NCBI RefSeq assembly: GCF_001447785.1
Contig: NW_015174844.1
Span: 408,525 to 472,524, forward strand
From: Gekko japonicus
Taxonomy: Eukaryota
Length of the DNA stretch: 64,000 nt
Reading direction: 5' to 3'
The translations under genes and the position numbers were made by a program. Below are positions 25,245 through 37,706 of the stretch, one piece after another. Position 1 is the stretch's first letter, and each line of letters opens with the position of its first letter. Below the pieces are notes generated by a model, which was not told the origin of the DNA, did no database searches, and was given only the letters and a program-made list of their open reading frames with translations.

Positions 25245-25998
25245 TATAGGCAGATTATACCACACTATTGACAGAAAATAGTGAAGGTTAAAGCAGAAAG
25301 TACCAAAGCAGGATTACAGGTGAAAATTAAGACAAAAATAATGACTATTGGGGAATTATACAACTTTAAGGATGACAATGAAGAAATTGAAATGCTTCAA
25401 GATTTTCTATTCATTGGTTCCATCATCAAAGAAAAGGGAGACTGCAACCAAGAAATCAGAAGGAAACTGAAACTGGGAAAGGCAGCCATAAAGGAATTAG
25501 AAAAGATCCTTAAGTGTAGGGATGTGTCTCTGGCAACCAAGATCAATTAATTCATGTCATAGTATCCCCCAGTACTATGTATGGATGTGAAAGTTGGACA
25601 ATGAAGAAAGCTGACAGGAACAAAGTAGATTCCTTTGAAATGTGCTGTTGGAGGAGAGTTTTAGGAATACTGTGGACCACCAAAATTCAAATAAGTGGGT
25701 TCTAGACCAAATCAAGGTTGAACTGTCCCTAGAAGGTAAAGTGACTAAACTGAGGGTATTGTACTTTGGTCACATTATGAGAAGACAAACGTCACTGGAA
25801 AAGGCAATAATGCTAGGAAAAGCTGAAGGCAGCAGAAAAAGAGGAAGGCCCAACATGAGATGGATTGACTCGATCAAGGAAGCCATGGCCCCTAGTTTGC
25901 AAGACCTGAGAATGGCTGTTTTAGGATGTTTTGGAGGACATTAATCCATAGGGTTGCCATAAGTCAGAAGGGACTTGATGGCACTTAACACACACACA
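25245..25998 (+). mobile_element. RTE-clade LINE 3' fragment
   Basis: ADYTT..ES.KAGL, MYGCESWTMKK and YFGHIMRR..SLEKAIMLGK.EG.RKRGRP.MRWID motifs; (CA)n tail. Confidence 0.9.
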
Positions 25999-26536
25999 TT
26001 GTTATTTAAATAAAAGAGATTGTATTTTAAGGTTAAATAGAAGATGCTAGAAGTAGTAAATGTATACAACGGATTTAAATGAAGAATTCTAATTTTAAGG
26101 TATATCTACATGCTAATGATATTGATTTAAATATGAACAAAATACAGCTTCAGAAGCAAAACTTGTTAAGAAATGAGCATAGTTTAGAAAATGGAACTAG
26201 ATATAAAAATCAATAGAGCTAATTGTACATTACTAGTTACTATTGTACATTACACATACTATTGTAACTGTAAGTGGGAAGTAACTTCTTTCTGTAATTA
26301 GAGAAGCAAAGGCCTGTAAAAATGGAAAGGCAGGAAGCGGGGCATTTTTAAGACCTTTTCAATTTTTCTAATGGAATTCCCCCCCCCCTTTTAAAAACCC
26401 TTGGTCAGAATTATTTGCTATATATATCCTAAATACTTTAAAATATTGTTTTAGTGGCATTTAGGACTACCAACTCCAGCTTGAGGAATACTTGGAGATT
26501 TGGGGAGGAGTAGACTCGTGGGGAGAGTAGTGTTCA

Positions 26537-28154
26537 AGTTCAAGTTTATTAATACAGTCACGCGACCAGCCAATTTAGAACATTCCTAAGAAGAAGAAGA
26601 ATATAAATACATAATAAATACCTACATAAAATTCAAATGGATATATAAAAGAACATTAAAACAAATACAGGAGCAACACAGTATATCTAGGGTACAAGCT
26701 TAACCTCTTTTTAAGAGCCAGGAAGCAAATTTTTGCAACGGCTAAAGATATCCTCTCTTTCCGGTCTTCCAGCAGAAAAGTTAAAATCCTTAATTCCGCA
26801 AATTTCAGCTGGACATCCAAGGGTTTAAATTTGGACAACAATGGGAAAATTAGCAGCTGTCTCTCCCTAGCATAAAAGTTACAATGCAACAGAATATGTG
26901 AGACCGACTCTATTTCAAGATTTGTACAAGGGCAACATCTTTGGGAAATAGGCCAACACAAAAACCTTCCTTGTAACAAATTAGAGGGTAGGGCATCAAA
27001 ACGTGCTCTGGAGAAAGCCCATCTATAACCATCGTATATGATGTTAGAAAGATATGGAGCAGGAGCAAATCCTGTCCAGGATTTTAAAACTCTATATCTT
27101 GAGGGTAAGAGGGCTTCCTCTGTCTGAGCCTCTATATCTATTAGGCGTTGGGTCACTATAGATTTAGCTTTAGTCAATCCTAGGTCCAAAAGACTTGCAG
27201 GGTGAAACCCGATTGCTCCAAGCTTAGCTAATATTTTGGAGGCCCATTCAGGATAAGGAGTGGCCACTAGAAAAGATGGAATTAGACCTGTAGGCTTCAA
27301 ATGCATTCGTAACCAATAAAAAATCGAAGCAATCCAGATTTTCGTTTCCTTTTTTCTCACCCCAATGTCCTGCCTAAGAACTACATTTGCTGTACATTTA
27401 GGCACATTAAATAATGATCTGATAAATTTAGATTGAACTTTTTCGAGGTCCTTAAAATTATTATCACTTATTGTAATTACTTGCGTACCATATGTAAGTT
27501 GAGTTAAGACCTTTGCGTCAAATAGTTTCATAGCCGCTAGAATTACACCTTGACCCTCCTTCCTAAAAAATCTTATAATAGCATTGACATTTCTCTCAGC
27601 AGAACAGACTGTAGAGGTTATATGTGCTGAGGAGCTACCATTATAACTGAAAATTATCCCTAAATACTTATGTTTTTACTTGCTCTATACATTGTCCATT
27701 TATTCTCCAAGTATCTTTCTTGTAAGCCCTGTTAAAACAAATAATCTTAGTTTTGGAATAATTAACTAAAGATTCTTAGGGCCCGTTTAAGACCAACTCT
27801 AGTTTGGGACAGTAAAATAGCATCATCCGCATACATCAATATTGGAACCACCTCTCTTCCTGAAAAGTTAGGGGCGTGAACATCTACCCCATGTAGAGAC
27901 TGAATAAGGGAATTAACATATATATTAAACAAGGAGGGGGCAAGTAAACAACCCTGCCTTACATGCTTCCGAGATGGAATAGATTTTGATAACATTCCTT
28001 CACCATTACATCTGATTTGTAGTTGCGTATTCTCATGGACTTTAATCAACAGATGCAGAAGTCTTTTATCTATGGTTGAGCAGTTCAGTTTTGCCCAAAG
28101 TCTTCCCCAAGATACAGAATCAAAGGCCGCCTTCAAATCTACAAAGGCAACAAA
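26537..28154 (-). mobile_element. 5'-truncated non-LTR retrotransposon, probably RTE-X clade, inserted in a hAT MITE (26462-26536 and 28170-28250)
   Basis: RT motifs KAAFDSV, RQGCLLAPSLF and LMYADD; C-terminal CPC..ESVSHILLHC knuckle (ORF 26656-27531); AATAAA(CTTGAA)n tail; perfect 15-bp TSD GGAGAGTAGTGTTCA at 26522-26536 and 28155-28169. The clade name is from recall. Confidence 0.85.
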
Positions 28155-29542
28155 GGAGAGTAGTGTTCATGGAGGGGGGGGAGGGACCTCAGCATGTATA
28201 TGATGCCATAGAGTCTGGCCTCCAAAGCTGCCATTTATGGAGATCCATTTCATTCTCCAGACTCTACTACGAGGTTGACAGTTCTACCATTTAATCCTTC
28301 AGAAAGGCAAATTTTATGCAATGATCACAAAATCTAGTGTATTAGATAAATACAACTAATATATCTTGTATCCAGATAATAACCAGAACTATTAATATCC
28401 TTTAATACAGTGAATTGTATAGACCAACTTCCTGTCTCTTCTGGTACACAGATGTTGCCTATTTGTGTATTGTTTCTGGGTAATGCTGGCTGGATAATGC
28501 TTTGTGGCTGGAGAAGCAACTGATATGTGTAAATTCATCTCATCTCCCAAGTGTGAACTTTATGAATGTCCTGAACTACTTTTTTGTCCACTTTGCTCTT
28601 TCCAGGAAGAACAGAGACTGAGTGCACAAGACCACAATCCTCAGAACACTTTCCTGGGAGTAAGCCCCGTTGAATAAAATGGGACCCCTCCTCCGATAAT
28701 TTTTAGAAGGATAAATAAAAAACACAACTCCCTCATCTGAAAAGAAGAAAACCACCATATCGCTCCCTTAGTTTTGGGATGCCATTCAGATAGGTTGGCC
28801 CGCACTGGTAATTGGTGTATCAGGAAAATTTTTGCTGTCCCTGATGTAGTTAAACTAAACATCTGGACTTGTGGTTTGGGGTAACTTCCAGCCAAGCTTT
28901 TTAATCTGATCCCTCCTTTTAGTGTTGTTATGAAATTTATTTTATTAGGGTTAACATGTATTAGGTTACTTGTTAAACAATATACTATATCTTTGTGAAC
29001 TTCTCTGTGTGTCCAGCTACTAATATTCAGCAGTGAGGTGAAGATCCTTTATGAACATCCTTTATTTTCACTCCAGTAACATTTAGTTTTTGCAGGGGAA
29101 CTAGAAGTAACAACATTCTAATACAGGAAAGCACATTGCTATAAGAGAAGTAGAGGGGGGGATCAGCAAAAACTAGGTAATGTAGAAGAATGATTTTTTT
29201 AGCCATGACAATTACATGAATAGGAACAAATTGCTATATTGTTTGCTAGTAAACTCATGTATCTCCTTTGGAAAGACAAATATCCTTTAATTTGGGGAAT
29301 TTTTGATGACAATGGACTTTTGAAAATAAAAATATTCTTATAGAATTGTATTTGGTGATGGAAAGCAGTCTGGTACAAATTTAGAAAAAAATTGGGGCCA
29401 CTTTCCACCTCCCAGTTTTAATTTTTTTTGAAAAACATCTCCCAGTATTTTAGTTCAAAAGCTTCTACTAGTGGAGCTTTTTCCCCTTTAAAAATAAAAC
29501 ATTTTGCTATGCTGTCATCTCTACATGGCTAATAGTTCTTTG

Positions 29543-29715
29543 AAAGCTAACTAGGGTCAGCCACAGTTAGTACTTGGATGGGAGACCACCAAGAAAGACT
29601 GGGGTTGCCATACAGAGGAACGTAATTACAAACCACTTCTGCTCATCTCATGGTCCTGGGGTTACCATGAATCTTGAGACTTGAGACTTGATGGTACAAA
29701 TTATAATAATAATAA
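29543..29715 (+). mobile_element. 5S rRNA-derived SINE
   Basis: AAGCTAACTAGGGTCAGCC..TTAGTACTTGGATGGGAGACC matches 5S box A/C, then a non-5S body and an RTE-like tail. Confidence 0.72.
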
Positions 29716-29776
29716 TTAATGCTGTCTAGTTTTCTTAGTTTATGAGGAAGACTGTTAGAATATAGATCCATCTATG

Positions 29777-29925
29777 TTAGTTTATTTATTTATGGTCAAC
29801 AACCATATTCAGAAATACAACAGAATAAAACAAAGTCACATGTTTAAGTTATTATATCTAAATATGTTTTGATTCTGTTGTATTTCTGAATATGGTCATT
29901 GACTGTAAATAAATAAACTGTAACT
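29777..29925. mobile_element. 149-bp fold-back insertion with a 12-bp TSD
   Basis: Arms at ~29776-29832 and 29865-29924 are inverted copies; GATCCATCTATG at 29765-29776 and 29926-29937. Confidence 0.85.
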
Positions 29926-30393
29926 GATCCATCTATGGCTTAGTTTTCACAGAGAGTTGCCAACCTGAGTCTGTGGAGATAAGGTAGCATATAAAATAAA
30001 TACACAGTAAATTAGGCAGTAAACTTGTATCCTGGCTACACCACTTCGGACTGCAGATGAGGGCTCATGAGACCGAATAGCTAAGTAGATGTTAAGAATT
30101 CTAGTCAAGATTCTTATATTACACTTTCTCTGTCCTGGGAACCCTATCTACACTCTGAAGAGCCATTCCTGAGGACTCGAATATCATAATGCCCCTATGT
30201 AAATCAATGGTGCGACCTCATTTGGAATACTGTGTGCAGTTCTGGTCACCACACCTTAAAATGGATATTATAGCTTTGGAAAAAGTGCAGAAAAAGGCAA
30301 CACGAATGATAAAAGGGATGGAAAACTTTTCCTATGAAGAAAGGTTAAAGCGCTTAGGGCTCTTTAGCTTGGAGAAATGACGACTGAGGGGTG

Positions 30394-31266
30394 ACATATT
30401 ATCATGTTTGGTGGAACTGTGAAAAAATTGCTAAATTCTGGAAGATTACCAAAAAAGTAATAGAAGAAATTACAAAGGTTAAATTGCAGCTGAAACCAGA
30501 AATCTTTTTACTCAATATCACACCAGATGGCATTAAACGAGATGATTTAATAATCATACTGTATATCAGGGGTCATTTCGTAGAAAAAGAGGTGCAGGAG
30601 CTCATTAGCATAACTTATTTGCATATGCCACACCCCCTGACATCACCGGAAGTGTGTCAGAAGGCAACACCCACCGCTCAGGCTCCACTGGACTGTTTTG
30701 GATTGCTAGCTACTGGTGTGTGGGGGGGGGGAACTGTGCAGATCTGTCCTCACAGAGGAGGGAGAGCTTGTACCTGAATAAAACTTGGTCTTAAAGGTGC
30801 CACTGGACTGTTTTGGACCCGGGGGCCGGGGGGAGCTTTGAAGCTTACCTGGCTGCTTCTTGCTCTGACTGAGGGCTGCTGGGAGCAGGGGGTGGGGCTT
30901 GTTGCATGTGCCTGCCCCCTGGGTTCTTTACTGCCGGAGCTCCACTCCTGTGCGCTCCTGCATGAAATGACCCCTGCTGTATATACTTACTATGTCGAGA
31001 ATATTAATTGCAAAACAATGGGAAAAGGATACGATACCCAGTAAAGAAGAGCTAAGGGATAAAATTATTGAAATAGCTGAATTAGATAAACTAAATATGA
31101 CTCTTTCAGGAAAAGATGAAACAACTTTTCAAAATAGATGGCAGAAAGTTTATAACTGGATGGAAAAAAACTGTTAGACGATCTTCCATTTGTACTTCCA
31201 ACAAATGTATATGTATTACTCTGTTATTTTATGTAATAGAAAACGTACCAATAAACTTATTTTAAA
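30394..31266 (+). mobile_element. L1 3'-terminal fragment
   Basis: TYYHVWWNCEKIAKFW..RILIAKQWEK..FQNRWQK (ORF2 C-terminus); AATAAA at ~31250 and a short A tail. Confidence 0.85.
30567..30976. mobile_element. hAT MITE, family C (CAGGGGTCATTTC TIR), nested in L1
   Basis: CAGGGGTCATTTCG...TGAAATGACCCCTG; perfect TSD CTGTATAT at 30559-30566 and 30977-30984. Confidence 0.92.
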
Positions 31267-34200
31267 AAGTGCAGAAGAGGGCAACTCGAATGATAAAAGG
31301 GATGGAAAACTTTTCCTATGAAGAAAAGTTAAAGCGCTTAAAGCTCTTGGAGAAACGACGACTGAGGGGAGACATGATTGAGGTTTATAAGATTATGCAT
31401 GGGATAGAGCAGGTAGAGAAAGAGATACTTTTCTCCCTTTCTCACAATATGAGAACTCGTGGGCACTCAATGAAATTGCTGAGCAGTCGGGTTAGAACGG
31501 ATAAAAGGAAGTACTCCTTCACCCAAAGAGTGATTAACACATGGAATTCACTGCCACAGGAAGTGGTGGCGGCTACAAGCATGGATGGCTTCAAAAGGGA
31601 ATTAGATAAGCATATGGAGCAGAGGTCCATCAGTGGCTATTAACCACAAGGTATAGATAGGGGCTCTGGGGCAAGTGATGCTCTGTCTTCTTGGTGCTCG
31701 GGGGGGTCAACAGTGGGAGGGCTTCTAATGTCCTGGCCCCACTGGTGGACCTCCTGATGGCACCTGGTATTTTTGGCCACTGTGTGATACAGAGTGTTGG
31801 ACTGGATGGGCCTTTGGCCTGATCCAACATTGGCGTCTCTTATGTTCTTATGTATGTTAGAACTACACCACTTTTCTTCTCCTCATCTGATGGTAAGGAT
31901 TCGGAAAAGTCATTTATAAATGATAAAAGATACTTTTTAGATTTAAGTATGAAGTATTTTATTATTGTGTTTTTATGGTGCCTGATCAGATATTTAACTG
32001 GAAGTTTCTGTTGTTGCTTTTAGTTTTGGTTCAGAGCAGGAAAGGTAACCAGATTTATGCCAGACCACTTGGCCTGGCACAGCAGCTCCCTTGCTGTATT
32101 CCAAAAGCAGGAGTAAATCAGGCTGGGCTACGGCTCAGCTCCGGGAGAGACAATGTCATCAACTGGAACTGTCCATCACTTAGAAGTGAGATTGGGTTTG
32201 TGGTTCAAGGTTTTTGGAGAAGTTTCAAGACTTTTCTATTTCCAGAAGGCTTTCAAATGAAATGTGTTGATATTATTGTCTGGTAGGTACTCAATGGTAC
32301 TTTTATGTTTTATCTGATTGAATTTTATAGTTTTAAAAAAATTAACTGACTTGAATGTCTATGAGGCAGAAATTAATTAAATATATCTTTTATTTCCATT
32401 TGGCACATTGTGGAATATGTGGTGGACTGTTTGGAAGATCCTTAATTGTACTAGGGATCTGGATAAGAAGACCTTTTGGACTTCCCTATTTTATAAGCCT
32501 GTGACTTTATACAGTAAAATTTAACCATTTTCTTTGGAGGCAATTTTCTTGGAGGAAGAAACATAAATATGGTTTAATTGCCACAGAAGTTACCAACACC
32601 TTATACCATGGAAGGTGGAAGAGAAGACCAAGTGTGTATATACCTAAGACCTTTATCAGTCCAATAGCCTAGGAATGAAAGCAAGTAAGGAGACAGCCCT
32701 AAAATAGTAGGTAGATCCACCTCCCAGACCACCCAGTAATTCAAATGCTAGCTTTAGTTAAGCTGTTTGTCACATTTTGTCCCAGTGCTAGTTTTCTGGA
32801 TGAACTTGCATAATGTAATGTAACTGACCCTTTTCTTACCTCTGCTTCAAAGAAGGGTCAGTTAGGATAAGGGGTACTTTTAAAAAGACAGACCCCAGAG
32901 ATGAATAGTTTAGGGTCAGTTGCAGGATAACCTCTGGAGAAAGGTTATCCTGGGGTTACTATTTCGTATGAACTAGACTTCAGACATTGAGCTTTAAAGG
33001 GTTTCTCTAGCCTAGCTATAAATCAGCCTGAAAGTTTGCATGGAGCTCAGATTTGGTTAAAAATAGTGTCAGGGCTGCCTCAGTGCTTTGCATTTGGAGT
33101 TTAAGACAATATCCAAAACCAGGTGTGATTTCCAACAGAGGTTTCACACAACTGCTGTTATGGCTGAACAAGGAAAATTTGGGTGGAAGAAAGAGTGGGC
33201 AGTGGAAATTTTAAACAAGAACATCATGGATGTACAAAGAAATGTAAGGGCCTTAGCTACAAGCTCTGTGAGGGAAAGGTTCTAAAGCTTGCATCCAAAA
33301 GAAAGCTATTTATTTATCTTAACTCTCATTCTCATTAGGAAGGCAAAAAAAAATAATGAAATTGATACCATTTCTTTTTTTGGGGTGGTGGGGAGGCTGG
33401 CTGTGGTTGCATAATAGCACTGTCCTATAATCTTATTCCAAATGTGTGGGTGCCTCTTAGGTTTCCTCAAATATTTTATGGAATGTTTTCAAAGATTCCT
33501 ATAAAATCAAGCCAACAATGTCTGCATCCTCTACCACATCAGTGAAGAACTGCACCATGTTTCAAAGTCATGTAAAATCCTCTTTATGGGAAGCATTTAT
33601 ATTTGACAAAGTATAAATTTAGCAGACCATTTCCCTGAGGTAAAACATACTGGTGGTGAAACTCCACAAACGTCATTAGATTACACCAAGCATTCATTTG
33701 TCCTAGTGGACTACAGCTGGCAAGCTAAAGAGGACTTGGCTGGTGCTACCTTCAAATGCAGCAGAAACAAAGGATAGATTCAAATTACTATTTATTTCCT
33801 ATTGCATAGTAACATCTGCAGTTATCGTGTGTCAAAATCCACATGGAATCCTGGTTGCTCAATATGGTTTAATTCAGTTGCAACCACATGACAAGCAACA
33901 ACCTTTTTACCTGACGATGCCTTTGGAAACAATGGGCCCCACTGGGCAATCTATCTTTATACGAGTACCACTACCTGTACAGCAGGGTCAAAGATCAATC
34001 CCACATTCAATCTCTGACATCTCAGATAGCAGGCTGAATCATATGGGATGTAATCTCCCCTGCCTAAGACCTTGGAAAGCTTTGGAAGACAGTGCAGGGC
34101 TAGGTGGATGAATGGTGTGAATCAGTATGAGGCAGTTTCATAGTATTGTAAAACCAAATGCATATAGAAGGACAGACGCTGTATAATGGTCACTGAATTA

Positions 34201-34414
34201 TCCCACATGGCAGATATAATTGCATGAGAAGATATATGGACTCCAGCCATATAGTGAATGGAGAAGTCCAGTTCTTCCAAAGTTGAACAGGCCCTATTCT
34301 CACATTTGACACACGCACACACACACACTCTGAGCAGTAAGGCATGTACTGCCCTATGATTCCCTCCCACGAGGCTGCAGTATGTGTGAATACAATGAGG
34401 TGTTTTTCATCTAC

Positions 34415-36858
34415 ATAACATAAGAACATAAGAGACGCCAATGTTGGATCAGGCCAAAGGCCCATCCAGTCCAACACTCTGTGTCACACAGTGGCCAGAA
34501 ATACCAGTGCCATCAGGAGGTCCACCAGTGGGGCCAGGACATTAGAAGCCCTCCCACTGTTGACCCCCCCCAAGCACCAAGATGACAGAGCATCACTTGC
34601 CCCAGAGTCCCTATCTATACCTTGTGGCTAATAGCCACTGATGGACCTCTGCTCCATATGCTTATCTAATTCCCTTTTGAAGCCGTCCATGCTTGTAGCT
34701 GCCACCACTTCCTGTGGCAGTGAATTCCAAGTGTTAATCACTCTTTGGGTGAAGAAGTACTTCCTTTTATCCGTTCTAACCCGACCGCTCAGCAATTTCA
34801 TGGAGTGCCCACGGGTTCTTGTATTGTGAGAAAGGGAGAAAAGTACCTCTTTCTCTACCTGCTCTTTCCCATGCATAATCTTATAAACCTCAATCATGTC
34901 ACCCCTCAGTCGTCGTTTCTCCAAGCTAAAGAGCCCTAAGCGCCTTAACCGTTCCTCATAGGGAAAGTGTTCCAACCCTTTTATCATTCGAGTTGCTCTT
35001 TTCTGCACTTTTTCCAAAGCTATAATATCCTTTTTAAGGTGTGGTGACCAGAATTGCACACAGTATTCCAGATGAGGTCGCACCATTGATTTATATAGCG
35101 GCATTATGATATTGGCTGATCTGTTTACAATACCCTTCCTAATAATCCCCAGCATAGCATTGGCCTTCTTTATTGCAGTCACACACTGTCTCGACATTTT
35201 CAGTGAGTTATCTACTACAACTCCAAGATCTCTCTCTTGATCTGTCTCTGCCAGTTCAGACCCCATCAACGTGTATTTATAGTTAGGATTTTTGGCTCCA
35301 ATGTGCATCACCTTGCACTTGGCCACATTGAACCCCATTTGCCATGTTGACGCCCACTCGCCCAACTTTGACAGATCCCTTTGGAGTGCCTCACAATCCT
35401 CACTGGTTTTCACCACCCTGAACAACTTCGTATCATCCGCAAATTTAGCCACTTCACTGCTTACTCCCAACTCCAAATCATTAATGAACAAGTTAAAAAG
35501 CAGTGGACCAAGTACTGATCCCTGTGGTACCCCACTGCTTACACCCCTCCACTGGGAGAACTGCCCATTTATACTCACTCTCTGTTTTCTATTAATTAGC
35601 CAGTTTTTGATCCATAAAAGGACTTGTCCTTTTATCCCATGATTTTTGAGCTTACTTAGGAGCCTTTGATGAGGAACTTTATCAAAAGCTTTCTGGAAGT
35701 CAAGGTAAACAATATCTATTGGATCCCCCTTGTCCACATGTTTGTTCACCCCCTCAAAGAACATTAACAGGTTAGTGAGACAAGATCTTCCCTTACAGAA
35801 CCCATGTTGAGTCTGCCTCAATAGGTTTTGTTCATCTATGTGCCTACTAATTCTTTCCTTAATAATGGTTTCCACCAATTTACCCGGTATCGACGTCAGA
35901 CTGACTGGCCTGTAATTTCCCGGATCTCCTCTGGAACCCTTTTTAAAGATGGGAGTGACATTAGCTACCTTCCAGTCCTCAGGAATGGAGGCTGATTTTA
36001 AGGAGAGATTACATATTTTTGTCAGGAGATCCACAAGTTCACAATTGAGTTCTTTCAGAACTCTTGGATGTATGCCATCTGGGCCTGGTGATTTATCAGT
36101 TTTTAAGTTGTTTATCAGTTTTAGGACCTCCTCTCTCGTCACCTCAATCTGACTCAGGTCTTTCAACACCCCTCCCGAACTCAGCGGCTCTGGAGTGGGC
36201 AAGCACCTCTCATCTTCCACAGTGAAGACGGAGGCAAAAAATGCATTTAGCTTCTCAGCCATTTCCCTATCATCCTTCAGTACTCCTTTTACCCCTTGGT
36301 CATCCAAGGGCCCCACTGCCTCCCTGGCTGGTTTCCTGCTTCTAATGTATTTGAAGAAAGTTTTATTGTTGGTCTTTACGTTTTTCGCTATATGCTCCTC
36401 ATATTCCCTTTTTGCCTGCCTGACCACAGACTTGCATTTTATTTGCCATAGCCTGTGTTCCGTTTTATCAGCCTCACTGTGACTAGCTTTCCACTGCTTA
36501 AAGGAATCCTTTTTACCTTTTACAGCTTCCATTACTTTGTTAACCATGCAGGCTTTTTCCTATACCTGTTTGTGCCTTTCCTAAGCTGCGGAATATATTT
36601 TTTTTGCGCTCTAGGATTGTAGTTTTAAATAGTTTCCAAGCTTCCCCAATGGTTTTGACCCTTTCTACTTTTCCTTTCAGTTTCCGCCCCACATGTCCCC
36701 TCATATCAGAGAAGTTACCCCTTTTAAAGTTAAAAGTGGTTTTGTCAGTCTTTTTGGCCAATTTCCTATTTATACAAATGTTGAACTCAACAACATTATG
36801 ATCACTGTTCCCAAGCGGTGCAATCCCTTTTACATCTCTCACCAGGTCTTGAGTGTTT
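34415..36858 (-). mobile_element. Young 5'-truncated CR1 LINE
   Basis: ORF2 from the end of the endonuclease (LGNSDH) through RT to the stop codon; 3'UTR; (TTCTTATG)n tail at ~34415-34432. Confidence 0.97.
34628..36547 (-). CDS. CR1 ORF2 reverse transcriptase, uninterrupted 639-codon stretch (element truncated, upstream frameshift near 36600)
   Basis: KSPGPDGIHP, NYRPVSLTS, YLDFQKAFDKV, GVPQGSVLGP, KFADD and [13 protein letters not shown] motifs. Confidence 0.95.
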   Translation of the reverse strand: MVNKVMEAVKGKKDSFKQWKASHSEADKTEHRLWQIKCKSVVRQAKREYEEHIAKNVKTNNKTFFKYIRSRKPAREAVGPLDDQGVKGVLKDDREMAEKLNAFFASVFTVEDERCLPTPEPLSSGGVLKDLSQIEVTREEVLKLINNLKTDKSPGPDGIHPRVLKELNCELVDLLTKICNLSLKSASIPEDWKVANVTPIFKKGSRGDPGNYRPVSLTSIPGKLVETIIKERISRHIDEQNLLRQTQHGFCKGRSCLTNLLMFFEGVNKHVDKGDPIDIVYLDFQKAFDKVPHQRLLSKLKNHGIKGQVLLWIKNWLINRKQRVSINGQFSQWRGVSSGVPQGSVLGPLLFNLFINDLELGVSSEVAKFADDTKLFRVVKTSEDCEALQRDLSKLGEWASTWQMGFNVAKCKVMHIGAKNPNYKYTLMGSELAETDQERDLGVVVDNSLKMSRQCVTAIKKANAMLGIIRKGIVNRSANIIMPLYKSMVRPHLEYCVQFWSPHLKKDIIALEKVQKRATRMIKGLEHFPYEERLRRLGLFSLEKRRLRGDMIEVYKIMHGKEQVEKEVLFSLSHNTRTRGHSMKLLSGRVRTDKRKYFFTQRVINTWNSLPQEVVAATSMDGFKRELDKHMEQRSISGY

Positions 36859-37210
36859 CTTAGTGTTACTTATCTCTCCCAATTTCACCCATAGTGCTGT
36901 GGTCATCACATCAGATGGGCATGGCCTATTCATTAGTCTTTCCCATTAATATTTTGAGGAGCTGCTGATCGATGTGCCACTTTACATACATAATACAGCA
37001 CTGTGGAAGAACTCCATGGACAAGTGGCTACTATGCAGGGGGGGGGGAGAGAGATCTTAGAAACCTAAGAAATGCATATATGATATAATTTGACTTTGGT
37101 GATGGAGCCTTTTGGTGACGGGTTCTCTATGAAAACAGATAATGAATAACATGGAATGTTATCACACCAGTGTCAGTGACTTATGGTCACATGCAAGATT
37201 ATATCCCATG

Positions 37211-37436
37211 TAGCGATGCCAGCCTCCAAGTGGGGCCTAGGGATGTCCTGGAATTAACAGCTCATCTCCAGACTACAGAGATCAGACTACAGCAATGCTT
37301 TGGAGGATAGACACTATGGCATTGTACCCCACTGAGGTCCCTGCAACCCCAAATCTCCAGGGGTTTCCCAACCTGGATCTGGCAACCCTAACTCCCCACT
37401 TGCCGCCGTTTGCCGGGGGGGGGGCTGAGAACCCTA
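37211..37436. mobile_element. hAT MITE with a doubled right end
   Basis: Similar to 20844-21062; ...GGCAACCCTA at 37390 and ...GAACCCTA at 37436; TSD ATCCCATG/ATCCTGTG (CpG-decay variants of one sequence). Confidence 0.8.
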
Positions 37437-37706
37437 ATCCTGTGTTATTTACCTATCCCATATAAGTAATCCAGAATGGATTGGGAGGAGGCCACAGGCC
37501 TATTCTTTAACATCTGGGTTTTGACTACTGGAATAGATGTCACCTTTTAATTAATTCACTGTTAATATACTTCTCGATTTGCATTTATATTTATATTTGA
37601 CAAAGTATAAATTTAGCAGACGATACACTAAGCACAGGTGATGGAAAGTCAGCACAACATCACTAATTGTCACTATTTCTAGCAGTGAAGTTCATGGTGT
37701 TATGCC

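Larger units (their letters stand above)
30180..31853 (+). mobile_element. CR1 3' fragment split by an L1 fragment
   Basis: [17 protein letters not shown]..., then TRGHSMKL..WNSLPQEVV; 3'UTR and (TTCTTATG) tail near-identical to the 34415-36858 copy. Confidence 0.93.

Noticed and set aside
29543-29590. 5S rRNA gene
   Set aside because: Only the internal control region matches, followed by a non-5S body and retroposon tail; it is a SINE.
32600-33140. Possible ERV solo LTR (TATAAA at ~33017, ending TTCCAACA)
   Set aside because: No clear 5' boundary, poly(A) signal or TSD could be found; not supportable by eye.
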